Shown: in pieces, positions 45,046-57,611 of the stretch
Position numbering within the stretch: position 1 is the first letter of the stretch
How the letters are laid out: each line of letters opens with the position of its first letter
Assembly: GCF_964355755.1 (NCBI RefSeq)
Contig: NC_092673.1
Span: forward strand, 28,145,648-28,209,647
From: Antedon mediterranea
Taxonomy: Eukaryota; Animalia; Echinodermata
Length of the DNA stretch: 64,000 nt
Reading direction: 5' to 3'
Translations under genes and position numbers: made by a program
The notes under the pieces: generated by a model
The model's input: the letters and a program-made list of their open reading frames with translations, nothing else
Databases searched by the model: none
What the model was told of the DNA's origin: nothing

Positions 45046-45824
45046 TGAAATAAATTAACAACCAACAACAGTGCACAGTTGTTCAATTATCACGACTGGT
45101 CCATACTGGATTTGTTTTTATATAAAAACATAGTAAACAAAAAAAACAGTAAACAAACTTCCCTCGTATGATATGATAATCATCTCGACCAGGGAGTTGC
45201 ATCGACCATGTGGCAACCTCTTCTTCTTGAAGGACGGACAGACCTAGCCTAGGCCTAGTTCGTACCATAAGTACGATTTTTAATACGGGTACCCTTTTTG
45301 CGAAGGCGAACCCGACACACAAAATGAAAGTTGACTAAAAGAAAATATAATTATGAATTTTGCCTACTTGCAAATATTATTATTGGATCCATTACTATTA
45401 TTATTAGTTTCCACATTTTTACAGATTCATGTAAGCCGCGCACATGTGGTGGTTGCGCAATCAATCAACGCAAAAGTAGTACGAATCGAATTATTTTACT
45501 GTATTATAGAGGGCAGCAGTAAAAAAAATGAAATTAAAAACCGAAGTTGGACGGATAAATTGCGTTCACACTTAAGGTTACTGACGCAATTGTAACGCGC
45601 TACGACATTAGGGAGAATGATTAGGGAGGAAGAAAAGAAGGATCGGGTTCGGAAGATATAGTAGTGTGAGCGAGCCGCATGGTTTTTTCTTTAGCGATTA
45701 TATTGTTCATATGGTAGGCTTAAACGTAAGTAAATTACAAAATCCATTTACTAATATGTACACCTTATATGCTTAATAAAGGATTTGTGTAATGACCGAA
45801 ATATTTTTACTTGCTTAGATAAAA

Positions 45825-48800
45825 ATGAACAGCAAAAGTTGGGCCGATCAAGTCGAAGAGGAACGACGTAAGTAGACCGAGCAGACTGGCCTTCTGCCGT
45901 TGGCCAACTGTGTTTTGTTGGTTGGCTTGTGCTTATACTTCGCTTTGTTTGAACCTAATTCTAATGACGTTACTTTATTTACCTTTTTATTTGATATTTA
46001 ATAACCTAGGCCTATAGGCTATGATGTGGACTAATTAATCATATTTATAAAAAAAAATCTGTTTATTAGACGTTCCTCAAAATGAAGAAATAATTAAAGG
46101 AAACACAAAGAAATTGATTGAATACAGACGGGAAGAAAATGGAAAACTACAAAAGGTAAATTTATTTTATTTTTTTAATTGTTCAATACCTCAAACACAA
46201 CCTAAAAGAAATGATTTTAAAAGATTATTTCTTCTCTTGTATCTTGCATTATCTCTTGCATTCTCTTTAAGGAACACAGGTTTTATCCAAACAACTTTTT
46301 TTACTTGATTTACTTGATGTTGAGACTTATAAAGCCGAAGCTTGTGTGTCCCTCGACGTGTTCCTATATATTATCTTGTCTACTATAGGGGGAAAACTTG
46401 CAGAAAGAAGTAGACAAGTGTTTTTCAAGCCTTGACTTGAACTGGTTGATTGAGTCAGATTCTATGACGGTTGACGGTAATTTGTTCCAGACATTGCATA
46501 GGTTTTGAGTAAAGAACTTTTGTCTAATTCTATTCTCTTGTATTTATTTTATTTTAGGTTATACGAACCTTCAATATAGAACAAAGAAAAGCTTCTAAAA
46601 CGGTTGCAACAAGAAAGGTAACTATTTAATCTATCTTCAATTGACAATACGCAAGACAAATGAAGTAACGAGTGAGTGGCTAAAGAGTGGAGACCGTGAA
46701 ACCATAATTATGTAGCCATAATATCGGCTAGGGTTCAAGGCTCACTCGCTCCATGGTTCTACCGGATAATCTTCTCGGATAATGACTATAAACCATAGGT
46801 CAAGTGTTCACATCTAGCTCATGTGCACTTTAAAGAACCTACTACATCTTTCGAGTAGGGGGTTACCCCGGTGTACTAGAACACACACAGCCACTCTTCA
46901 TAAGTGGGCGCTGGGAGAACAGTCTGTGACTGAAAAATCCACTCAGTATAAAGAATAAATAATAATACAATAAAAATATACACATAAAGTCTAAATACAA
47001 AATGAGTAGTATTATATGAATATGATATGATTTCTTGCAGGCTTGGCCTAAGTTTGGTTCAGCTAGCCAAGATGGTTCAGGACCTAACCCAGTTACAACT
47101 ACAATCTCTGACGATATCTTTATGCAGTTCATCACGGCCAAAGATGTAAGCCAGATAATTTTTGAAAATCCAATCAACAACATTTATTTAGAAAGACAGA
47201 TATCATCAAGATAAAGCTGCTTTCACATCACTGTCCAATCAGCAGTGAGCATGAATAACTACGCATGATAACGCATAACCGAATTTGTGGTCGATGTGAA
47301 AGCAGCTTAAATTGAAGAAAAAATACAGTAAATGAATGCCAATTGAATGGGATGGATTGACAAATATTTTGTGTTTATTTATAAAATTTATTCTTGTTTT
47401 CAGGAGTTGAATGCAACCAATGAGAATGATGACCCAATCAAGCGTATCGCCGCTGCGCAAAAGATGGTAATGTGCCGTGTCTGTAAAGGAGACCATTGGA
47501 CAACAAAATGTCCATATAAGGATACATTGGAACCACTGCAGAAGGAGCTAGCAGCAGCTGACAAGCCACCTGAGGAGAACGGAAGTAGGTTGGTCATCGG
47601 GGTGGGGTAGCCTAGGACCTAAACCATCTTTTTGTATTGCAATTTGGTTTGGATCTGCCTATGTTGCTAGTAGTGCATAACTTTATTATTAAATGATACT
47701 ATGTTGGTGGTTACATATTAAAAGATGTGTTAACAAAATGTATTTAACGTTTCTTTCAAGTTAATGTTTAACTAATGTTTATAATCTTATTTATTTGAAG
47801 CTGCCGAGCCTGGGTCTACTGGAGCCTCCACTGGCAAGTACATTCCACCTGGCAAGAGGAAGGGAGCAGAAGCAGCCAGAGGGGGTGATCGTGATAACAA
47901 AAGAGGTAAGATAAATGTTTCTAATCTAATGTATTAATTAAAACAGAATGCATGTTGTCCTTTGAAAATTGCTACATCCAGGGGGTCCAGGTGTAGGTAT
48001 ATCCAGGGGTTTAGGTCCATCCAGAGTTGTAGCTTTATCCAGGGTGTAAGTTTGTATCTTGGTGTGTAGAGCATTTTAGGCTTGTGTTAGGCAAGTTACA
48101 GTTTTGACCAAATAAAAAGGGTTAAATGAATACGGTTATTTTGTTAGATGATGGAGCAACTATTAGAGTTACCAATTTATCAGAAGACACCAGGGAGCCT
48201 GACCTTCAAGAATTATTCCGACCTTTTGGAGCAATTCAGAGGATATACCTCGCAATGGACAAAAATACAGGCATGTCAAAGGTAAATAAAAAAATCTAAA
48301 GCTCTGTCTACACTATCAAACGAATGTGATGTGACCATATATGGACATGTTGATGTCATATCACTACCATATTTGGGCTTATTTTTTTTTTTCAAACTAG
48401 TTTGATGGTGTAGACAGAGCTTTATACACTGTTGATATCAAATATTAAAACACTGAAAATAGTAAAACCCACATACAGTAATAATACAGATATCGTTTAT
48501 GGATACATTGTTAATATTTCAGGGATTTGCTTTTATTAATTTTCATCACCGAGAGGACGCCGCTCGAGCTATTGCTGGAGTCTCTGGTTATGGTTACGAT
48601 CATTTAATTCTGAAAGTTGAATGGGCAAAGTAAGTAGAAATCTTTGTAATACAGTATTTTTAGTTTAGTGGAGTTGAGGGTTGGTGGTTATGATGCTCGG
48701 CTACCAAACCAAGGGTCCTGGGTCCAAGTCCTGTCATGATTTTTTCTAATGACAATTTACAACTCCACTCCCAAAGACTAGTAATAAGACTTTGTTTATG

Positions 48801-48953
48801 AAGAGCATCTTGTGTATAATGTATGCGAACAGTATTGCCACCTTTAAGGATAGTGAATGAATTCACGTATGGTTATCCTTGGCAATTTGTCTCAACAAAC
48901 CAAAAACTAATACAAATGTTTTGTTTTTTTACAGGCCGTCTGGGAGTACTTAA
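45825..48953 (+). CDS. EIF3G: Eukaryotic translation initiation factor 3 subunit G; possible in-frame upstream ATG exon at 45711-45725
   Basis: Exons ~45819-45867, 46070-46155, 46558-46617, 47041-47145, 47404-47586, 47801-47905, 48148-48281, 48523-48630 and 48935-48953. They encode SWADQVEE, zinc knuckle [20 protein letters not shown] and [16 protein letters not shown]...KGFAFINF...[15 protein letters not shown]. Confidence 0.95.
46667..46960 (+). mobile_element. tRNA-derived SINE-like repeat in an EIF3G intron
   Basis: A/B-box-like head (tggctaaagagtgg ... ggttcaaggc). The body gtagggggttaccccggtgt also occurs inverted at ~24576-24596. Confidence 0.5.
47214..47308. mobile_element. Short MITE
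   Basis: Perfect TIR aagctgctttcacatc / gatgtgaaagcagctt. Confidence 0.7.
48662..48900 (+). mobile_element. SINE-like repeat in the last EIF3G intron
   Basis: tRNA-like head (gttggtggttatgatgctcggctacc...gggtccaagtcc) and body shared with 33170-33380. Confidence 0.65.
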
Positions 48954-49591
48954 TTGTGGACATTCTTCACCAGTGACCATCATCACCAACCTAATAATGT
49001 ACACTTTAAATTCTGTATACAGCAAATAATAGCGTTATTTGCTTTCTCTTTTCATACTCCCAGATTGTAATCTAATGTGTACACATAGTTATTAAATTCT
49101 GTATACAGCAACTACTGTAATTTCATTTCTCTTTTCATACTCCCACATTGTAATTTATAGCTCTGTCTACTGATGATGTCGTATCACTACCATATTTAAG
49201 CATATCATAATTGTTTGATAGTGTAGATGGAGCTTAATATGTACAGCTATTCAATTCTGTATACAGCAGCAATGCTGATTGTAGTTTTGTTTCTTATAAT
49301 GAATCGTACTTGCAGAATAGTATAGTACAATTCTGTATACAGTGTATTGCATTACAACCAGTAGTAATATATCACATTAAATTCTGTATACTGTAACTAA
49401 TAATATAGACTTGCCCCAAGTCTGTATTTATTGTCTTTTTTTTATTTGTTTTTATTTCGACCGCGATTTTTGTCTGAAAATACAGACTTGTGAAACACGT
49501 ATAGAAATCGATTTGTAGACCGCAAACATCCGATAAGAATGACGTAGGTTATCATACCGTATTTGGCTATATGGGGCGGGCGGTATGTAAA

Positions 49592-50167
49592 TGTTATGCG
49601 CGATTTGAACGATTTGCGCAATTTGAAATTGCGCAAAAAAATCCTTGCGCAATTTCAAATTGCGCAAGAAAATCTTTGCGCAATTTTAAATTGCGCTGCA
49701 CAATTTATTATATAAATAAGACCATTTCAATGAAGATAATGTTTAATACTCACTTTTTAAGTTTTTAATATTAGTTTAAGCTAGGCCATGTAACCTAGTC
49801 AGTATCAGTAGTTCAGACCCTAGCTAGGCTAGAGTAGTATAGCCGGCCGCCCGCCTGGTGGAACACCACCGCTTCGTTTTCCTTCATCGGTTCTTCAACG
49901 GTATGCTAACTTATAACAATATTTGCACTACTAAAATAAGGAAATGCGATATTTATCTTTAATTTTGAATCATTCTTAGAAATTACTATAAAAATATGGG
50001 TGTGCATGATTTCACAATCTGTCGAAAAACCTTGCGCAATTTGCAGATTACTTGCGCAATTTAATACGTTGCTTGCGCAATTTGAAACACATGTTTCAAT
50101 TCAAATTGCGCAAGGATTTTTTTTGCGCAATTTCAAATTGCGCAAATCGTTCAAATCGCGCATAACA
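49592..50167. mobile_element. 576-bp non-autonomous TIR element (Ginger-like TGT...ACA ends, 4-bp TSD)
   Basis: TIR of ~50 bp tgttatgcgcgatttgaacgatttgcgcaatttgaaattgcgcaaaaaaa, TSD taaa on both sides, many ttgcgcaa motifs. Confidence 0.75.
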
Positions 50168-50773
50168 TAAATATGGATTTCGAATCAACCAGTGATCATT
50201 TTGTTTCAAAATGAAAAAGATCGAGTACTAGTACAGTGCTGAATGTACGATCGAGACTGAACAACTGTTGAAATATAAAATCGTGTTGCCAAGTTGTTTT
50301 GTTTATTAATTGTTTAGTCCTGGCCTAGGCCTCCTTCGTAGGCCTACTCAACTCGTACGTATGACCTGCCAAATAAAACGCCAATAAGGTAGGCCTCATA
50401 CCACCACCGGCACACAACAGGGCTACACCACCACACAGGACAGGGTCTGGGTGGGAATTACATCAAATTATCTCCGCATAATAAATGATCCATTCAATGT
50501 TTGATTTGCGGAGAAGCTATAGCCTATCATATCAAGACGAGTTTTCATGTTCTTGGGGAAAATACCATTAAATGTTTACCAGACTACTACTAGGCATATA
50601 AAATCATTTCTAGCCTTCAGAAACTTTCATCAATGTACCCAAAGTACACATTGTCTAAACGTAACATAGCGCATGCGCATCATCTTAGTTGTCGAGTCTT
50701 TGAAATTCTGAAATATGAATATTAAAACAGCGTACGAGTGAGTAGCCAATGGCATGCGGCTGAAACCAGTTAA

Positions 50774-53700
50774 GAGCCATTGTCTGTAAGAATCAAAGAA
50801 ATATCAAAAAGAGTGGCAGACTCAAAAAAATGGATTTCTTTCAAATTTTGCACATGGCTATATATGTGTTGAGAGAAATCAAATATGAAGTATTTTTTAT
50901 TTCACACGTATATTTCCATGGCAACGGCCAAATTTGTGTTTTTGACAAATTTTGTCCTTTTTTAAGGTTTTTTAAAATGGATATTGGTACTACTTTGATG
51001 AACGATATTTTTGTTTTGTTCATTTAATTATAAAAAATAATTAGTGTATGCATAATAACAATGCATTGTGCACCTGTTTCAAATTTTTTTATTTTTTTTT
51101 ATTTCATACTTTGGGAGATACCATTTATTTAAAAAGGGGTGTTTTTCACTTTTTTTTAATTGTTCAATGCAACTAAACTTTACTTCACCATAACGCCCAA
51201 AGTGGTGTATTTTTTTAGCTGATTTATTACAAATAGGTAGTTCCAATGTTTAATAATTGATTTCTAAAATAAAATACTGGGATAAATTTAAAATCTGCAA
51301 GCAGTGTTGCGAGAAACATAGGCATTTTTATATTAAAAAAAACATGGTATATTAGTAAAAACATTTTATTTTCTTTGATTATTTGATTTGAAACTCATTG
51401 GTCAGAAAAATTCTTAATGTTTTATATAGTTCTAGTTGTGTTGTGAGAAATTATTATAGATTCTGTAATTCCCAGTTTTAATGTCATTTTATAGGTTATA
51501 TCCTCTGGAAATTTGAATAAATTATCAGATCGTTGTGAATTTTAATCTTTGCAACAGATTACTCCTCTCTTATTTTGAAGCTCCTCTTTCATTTGTTTAC
51601 TTGTTTTATTTGCTAACCTAAGCAGATCCCACATGCCCATCAACCACCATTTTCGACTACCATCCCTCCCCCCCCCCCCCCCCCCCCCACCCCGACTATA
51701 ACCACAAAAAGATAAACTGCAACACTTTGGTCGATCATCCACTATAGAGTGTCAAATGCATGCATTCAAGCACCACCCACACTGCCGCTACTATCGCCCC
51801 AATGAATAGACAGATTCAAACTCCTCCATCCCACCCCCTCCCCCTTTCTCCAAGCCCCACCCACCCCAAGTTAACAATTGCAATGCAAAAGATAGAACAT
51901 AAAGTTAAGTTTTTAGACCCTCGCCTTCAACCTCCTAACTATTTAAAAGTCCTGGATCCACCACTTTTCCCTCCCCAAAATAGAACCAATCAAAAGTCAA
52001 TGATATACTCAGGTATGTTAATGCTACATAACAAATATAGAAGCCCTGATTTGAAATTTCATTTCATTTAAGGTCAGCATGTAAAATATCACACTTTATT
52101 ATTAAATATTGGTTTTAAATTCTATATTTTTTTAACGGTGTGTTTGGATTCAGTATTAATTATTAATTAATAATTATCTGATAATTATTTAATTTCCCTT
52201 AGTTATGCATAGCAACAGTTACTATGGTAACTAAAATTGAGATATTCTTTAGATTTTGCATATTTATCTTATACAAATTTAATTTTAATTTGTAGATTAT
52301 TAGCAGGCAATGCCTTATTTGCATTTTTAAATTACCGTTTCACAAGGTCATATTCGTAAGCACTTTCTTCTGTGATTATTTTTATTCATGAAAACGCCAT
52401 ATTTTATTTACAGCGGCCACCTCCCTTAACGGACGCACTTTGAAAAGCCTGTTTGTTCTTCCTATCTAATTAGTGCATTTGGTGCTTACCGTAAGCAGCT
52501 GCGGGCACCTTTTTATACAAAAAATGAGATTTTTAGTAAGCGGCCAATCGAAAAAAATGTGATACTTATTGCATGGACCTATGAATTAGAGGTGCATGTT
52601 TATTATATTTCTTTATATATTAGCTTTATTTTGAAGAGGTTTTAAAAACATTACTGTGAAGAGATGAGAAAACTACACTGATTTTGACCGACCATTTTTC
52701 ATATGATAAAAGTTTTTAAAATTTGTCTGAAAATGCTAAAAAATACTAAACCACCTGATTATAAATAATAATAGGCCTACAATTATAAGCGGCCACTTTT
52801 CCAGGTCCCGAGGGTGGCCACTTACGGGAGGTTCTTGAACTGTATTTAAACAAGAATATTTCTTACAAAAAACGCTGCTTGCTTATTGTTATTGCTAAGG
52901 TCAAGTCTGGGGTCACTTCATCAAGCCTAGATACTTCAGGTATCCTATTACAAACAAAAACTTCAATGGACTGTTTTGATAATAATTCAATGATTATCTG
53001 ACAGTGAATTATAGTAATATCATGGGACTCATAAATACCAGAAATGCTTTATGATTTGTCATTAGACTCTTTTCTCAGCCGTTTTTTGGATTCAACAGGT
53101 GGTACCTATAAATTATAGTCGAGTTTCCATTTTAACAAAAATGTCAAAGTGTAGTACTATACTGCTGCTTGATTTCATCTAATGAATGAGTCATCTCGTG
53201 TGACGTAGCGGGTTAGAGCAGCAATTATCCTTAGTTATGCATAGAAACAGGTTCTAAGATAACATAAATAATACATTTTGACATAACTTGACCCAACAAA
53301 TAACCCTTTCACAAGGTCAGACATTTTCTGGGATTCAGTAGATAAGTAAATTTGGGAAAAGGTAGTAAAGCTATGTAATCAAATATTTGTAGTCATGAAA
53401 CCCCATATTAAAAATATTGTAATTAGTTAGTATAGAAACAGTTGCTACAATCAATACACTATAGGTAAAATGTTGATGTCATTTGACCTCAATATGTAAT
53501 TTTTTTTTTCATGAAAACTCCATATTTTATTTTTTTTTACATTTATTCATATTTCTTTCTGAGATTATTAGGATTCAGTATTTAAAGTAAATTTGGCAAA
53601 AAGTAGAAATGTAAAACTATGTAGAAAAAATGTTTTGTATTTATGAAAAACCCCTTTTCGCATAGAAACAGTTGCTATGGTAAAATGTTGACCTAAAATG

Positions 53701-54798
53701 AATGAATTTACAAGGTCAAGTTTGTCATTAATGGAATGCAGTAGAAGTAAAATTGAGAAAAATTACAAATGCAATCAATTCTTTGTATTTATAAAAACGC
53801 CATTTTTTACATTTTTTTAAAAATTACTTTCCTTAGTTACACATAGAAATGGTTGCTAAGGTAACACATTAGGTAAAATATGAAAATTGTTGAGAATTGT
53901 TATGAACTATCTTGTAAATGTTGATCAAACATTAATAGTTGTAGTAAAGTGGGGACCTGTCCTGTTTTGCATTCTGACCCCTTTTGACCTTAAATGACCT
54001 ATTTCAAGGTCAGATTTTTTGGGAGGTCTTTCTGTATCTCTTTACACAAAATAGATTTAAAAATTTATAAAAACCATTGACGCAATTATTTCCAAGTTTA
54101 ACATTATTTTCCATCAACTAAATATTTCAATGCAAAATACTGTTTTTCTGGCAATTAATTGAAATAAACCTGGCAACACATTCTCCTATTTTATCTAAAC
54201 TATTCGTATGACTCTAGTAGCATTATGACAAGCCACATATACATTTTATTATTGGATTAGCCATATTTAAATTGTGTTTCATGTGTTTTGTTTGTTGATA
54301 TTTTATTATATTTTTTGTATTTTTCGTATTTTCCTGGCAACACAAAACCTATGTACGAAATTTACCCCAGTGTTTTTTCCGTGATTATTGTTGACAAACC
54401 TATTGACTATCAAATTAAAAAACCTCATTGATTTAAAAACACCCCTTTTTAAAATAATGGTATCAACCAAACTCCATTTTGTATTTTTTTTTTTTTTACA
54501 TTAAATGGAACTCAATACATGTTGTTTACACTGCTACAAACAAAAACTGTATACTGTAAGTATTTTTGGTTAAAATAAGTATACAAGTTTGTACTTTTTC
54601 ACTATAGAAAATCTGTGAAAAATGGCAAAAACATCAAAATTTGGATAATTGACCGTTGTCATGGCAACGGAGGCTAAAAATTCAAATGAATGATGTAGAT
54701 ATGCTTTTTAGTGAAATGTCTATTCATGGTAAAAATTTGAGAGAAATCCATTTTTTTACATCTGCCACCAAATCTTTTATTTTTACAGACAATGGCTC
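50774..54798. mobile_element. ~4-kb non-autonomous Kolobok-like element with long imperfect TIRs
   Basis: TTAA|gagccattgtctgtaa ... ttacagacaatggctc|TTAA. Subterminal similarity continues (gtggcaga...aaatggatttct / agaaatccattt...tctgccac). No transposase ORF. Confidence 0.8.
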
Positions 54799-56037
54799 TT
54801 AACTGGATAATCGTATGCACCAAGAATTCTTGGTGTCAAACCACGTGACTTGTGCGTGTTTCCCCAGACGGAGTATCCAAACTCAAGTAATACACGTATG
54901 AAACGCCATTATGTGCAAAAATATTTATATTTTTACTAATATTAAGACAAAACTCCGTCTGGAGCCCAGACTACTAATAATACAGTAGTTATTAAATTCT
55001 ATATTAAGCATTATGTTTTTGTACACACTAAAGCTCAGTCTTGACAAAAAAGTGATGTGCCCAAATGTTTCCCCCTATAATGTTGGATAGCGTAGACAGA
55101 GCTTTACAAATTGTTATGTAACACAGTGTAAAGGCTAATTTACAGACAAGCGGAAACCATTTACACAGAGCGTGTAATTTGTCTACAGTGTGCTACATAC
55201 ACATGCTGTACAGCTTTTATACATACATTGGTCAGTTAGTCCTATCTCATGGAAAAGGGTTTCTGCAAACATTTTGAGAATGTTTGCCACGTAACGTCGA
55301 CTGATCACGTTTGAAAACAAACTTCCCGTGTGTTTTGTATTTGTTGTCGATCGAACAAGGCTGACTCAATTTTTCAACTCGTGAAAAATTCTCAAATCAC
55401 TAGGAATGGAAGAATTATATAGATCTAGCAATACAGTACTGCAATTCTCGCTTGAACTCCTTGTGGTTGACCAGATAAAAGTGACACTTCTAAACAAGAG
55501 CAACACAAAAATATTACAAACTACAATCAAAATACAGTCTCTTTTTTACATTTTTTATTTCAAAATTGACAAATTCAACAGTGGCGCCACGTGAAGGCTT
55601 CAACATGGCCCCGGGGCTGGGAGTGACAAAAAGGCATTGCCTAAGAGTGCTTGTCGGCTGTTTTATTTCAATGCGTCAGGAATAGCATGGAAAAAGGGAA
55701 TAAACAATGCAAATGGAATGCTGGTGCTTGTATCTTGAACGTGGGGTGGGTGGCGCCAACATTATGTAGGCCTCTATATGTCACATTGGTGCAGGTTTAT
55801 TTATGCATTAGGCTTGCAGTATTATTCTACTACATTACAAGCTATCATATGTGTTTTCATATTTATACAAGGAAGGTTCTTGTTTTCATATTTATTTGAA
55901 TATACAACACTGCGGATAATATATCTGGAGTAGCCATCCCCACAACACAAACAGCAGCTTTCTACGAGTCTGTAAAATAAAATAAAAATATTAACTTCTC
56001 GTTATTTTATGGTTTTATATATAGTAGTAGTATTCTA

Positions 56038-56106
56038 AGACATCAGAACTAAGCGTTCTCTTCAACAAATTTCAGCGAGAGAGTTAAATGTTCTCATCAA
56101 ATGTCT
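56038..56106 (-). ncRNA. SNORD81: Box C/D snoRNA, SNORD81-like
   Basis: C box TTGATGA; D' guide TTTAACTCTCTCG-CTGA (complementary to 28S GAGAGAGUU); D box CTGA; terminal stem agacat/atgtct. It sits in the last intron, like U81 in GAS5. Confidence 0.75.
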
Positions 56107-56351
56107 TTCTGCAACAGAACAAGCATTTCGGATATAACAATTTGATCTACACTAAATTTACTAATTAATTAAACCACTGTTAAAATAGAATAAAAGATAT
56201 AGAAAATACTTGCCACCACAATTTCTTTTTTTTTAAGTCCTGGAAATAAACATGGTTTTTAAGCTCTGGAAAGAAAATGGATAAGATTATTTAATAATAT
56301 ATTTTATCGATCTACGTTATCAATCAAATCTGGTCTGCTTTAAGAGTTGAT

Positions 56352-56424
56352 TGACCTCAGTGAACGGAATGTTGCTATCATCGAATTACTCTTGATGGCA
56401 GAATTAGTTTTGCATCATTGGTCA
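56352..56424 (-). ncRNA. SNORD47: Box C/D snoRNA, SNORD47-like
   Basis: tgacc-AATGATG...ATTCTGCCA...CCGTTCA-CTGA-ggtca. It shares ACCAATGATG, ATTCTGCCA and CCGTTC with recalled U47; targets are 28S UGGCAGAAU / GAACGG. Confidence 0.75.
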
Positions 56425-56616
56425 AAGGGCAAACGCATCAATGCAAGTTATTACCTTAAACAATGCAGGTGAACAGCCAACAGTATCGTACACCTATCTG
56501 AAAAAAATCCAAATACAATATTACTGAATTGTTTTTATTTACATCACAAACCATACAATGAGCTAAAAGGATAAGTTATTCTCAATCCTAATAAAGAAAT
56601 CTATTTGACTTGTGTC

Positions 56617-56684
56617 TGCATCAGTCCACTACTTAAAATCTTCATTTATAATTCAGTGAGATTCCTCACATAGTCATCATTTGA
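56617..56684 (-). ncRNA. Box C/D snoRNA with SNORD79-like D' guide and SNORD75-like D guide
   Basis: ATGATGA...GGAATCTCA-CTGA...ATGAAGA...AAGTAGTGGA-CTGA. Guides are complementary to 28S GAGAUUCC and CCACUACU. Confidence 0.8.
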
Positions 56685-57540
56685 AGACACAAATCATTAT
56701 CAACACATAAATTAAATGGCAACTCCAGGTTAAAAAAGTTATAAACATTGGCAACAAGGATAATAACCCTGGTTTTTTTTTATTGCTAAAGTAAGCCCCT
56801 TTTTAAAAAGAAGTGCTGCTACAGAACTTCTTTCAAAATGTTGGTGCAAAGGTTACTAACTGTGGAAATAAATTATAAGCTGATTGTAAGCTGATTTAGC
56901 TTTGGATGAAGGGTTCAACATGGCCCCGGGGCTGGGAGGCATAGGGCATTGCCAAAGAGTGCTTGTTGGAATAAAACAGGACTGAATTGCATCAAAATTG
57001 AAATCACGGTGGTCGAAATGATACATTGATTTCGAACGATGGATTAATGATTATAGAAAATGACTATGCTGAAGGCTGTTCATGTGATCCCATACAAGAT
57101 TGATGTTGTAAAAGATGGACTGCTCTTTCAGCAATATAATAAAGTAACTATGACTCATGCATTCTGGAATCAGCTGGCCAGATGTAAACAAGAAAAAGGC
57201 AGAGTGAATGGCAGAGTATGAAATGAAAGAATGAGGCAGTTAATACCGGACAAGTTTGTACGTCAGCTGACAGAAAAGCTGTCTATTGCTGGTCAGATCG
57301 GAGCGGGACTGTTCTCAGTGTCGTTCCGGTGCAATCGAGAGCTTTTCTATCGTACCAATAAATGCTTGTTCATCTGAAACAAAAAAAGAATGCTTGGTAC
57401 AGATTGTGTTGAAATGTTTCAGATACACGTGTCTACACTATCAAACCAGTTTTGACATGCCCAAATATGGTAGTGATATGCCCAAATATGGTAGTGATAT
57501 GACATCATCGTGTCCATATATGGGCACATCACATAGTGAT

Positions 57541-57611
57541 TCACCTCAGGTTGCAAGATACATGTAATCATTCCTTTCATCTGGATCACTCAGATTGTTC
57601 ATCATTGGTGA
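57541..57611 (-). ncRNA. Box C/D snoRNA with 5.8S-complementary guide (SNORD71 paralogue-like)
   Basis: tcacc stem, ATGATGA, guide CTGAGTGATCCA (complementary to 5.8S UGGAUCACUCGG), D' ATGA, D CTGA, ggtga stem. Confidence 0.75.

Larger units (their letters stand above)
49406..54973 (+). mobile_element. Non-autonomous AcademH-like DNA transposon hosting two nested insertions
   Basis: TAG...CTA termini and perfect 9-bp TSD ctaataata (49397-49405 / 54974-54982). Terminal mini-hairpins agacttgccccaagtct and gtctggagcccagac. Both ends match the 1957-2108 mini copy. Confidence 0.8.

Noticed and set aside
51660-51695. Poly-C run / Gly-rich ORF
   Set aside because: Simple homopolymer inside a transposon.
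50774-54798. Autonomous transposase in the 4-kb element
   Set aside because: Only short low-complexity ORFs; no recognisable transposase motifs.
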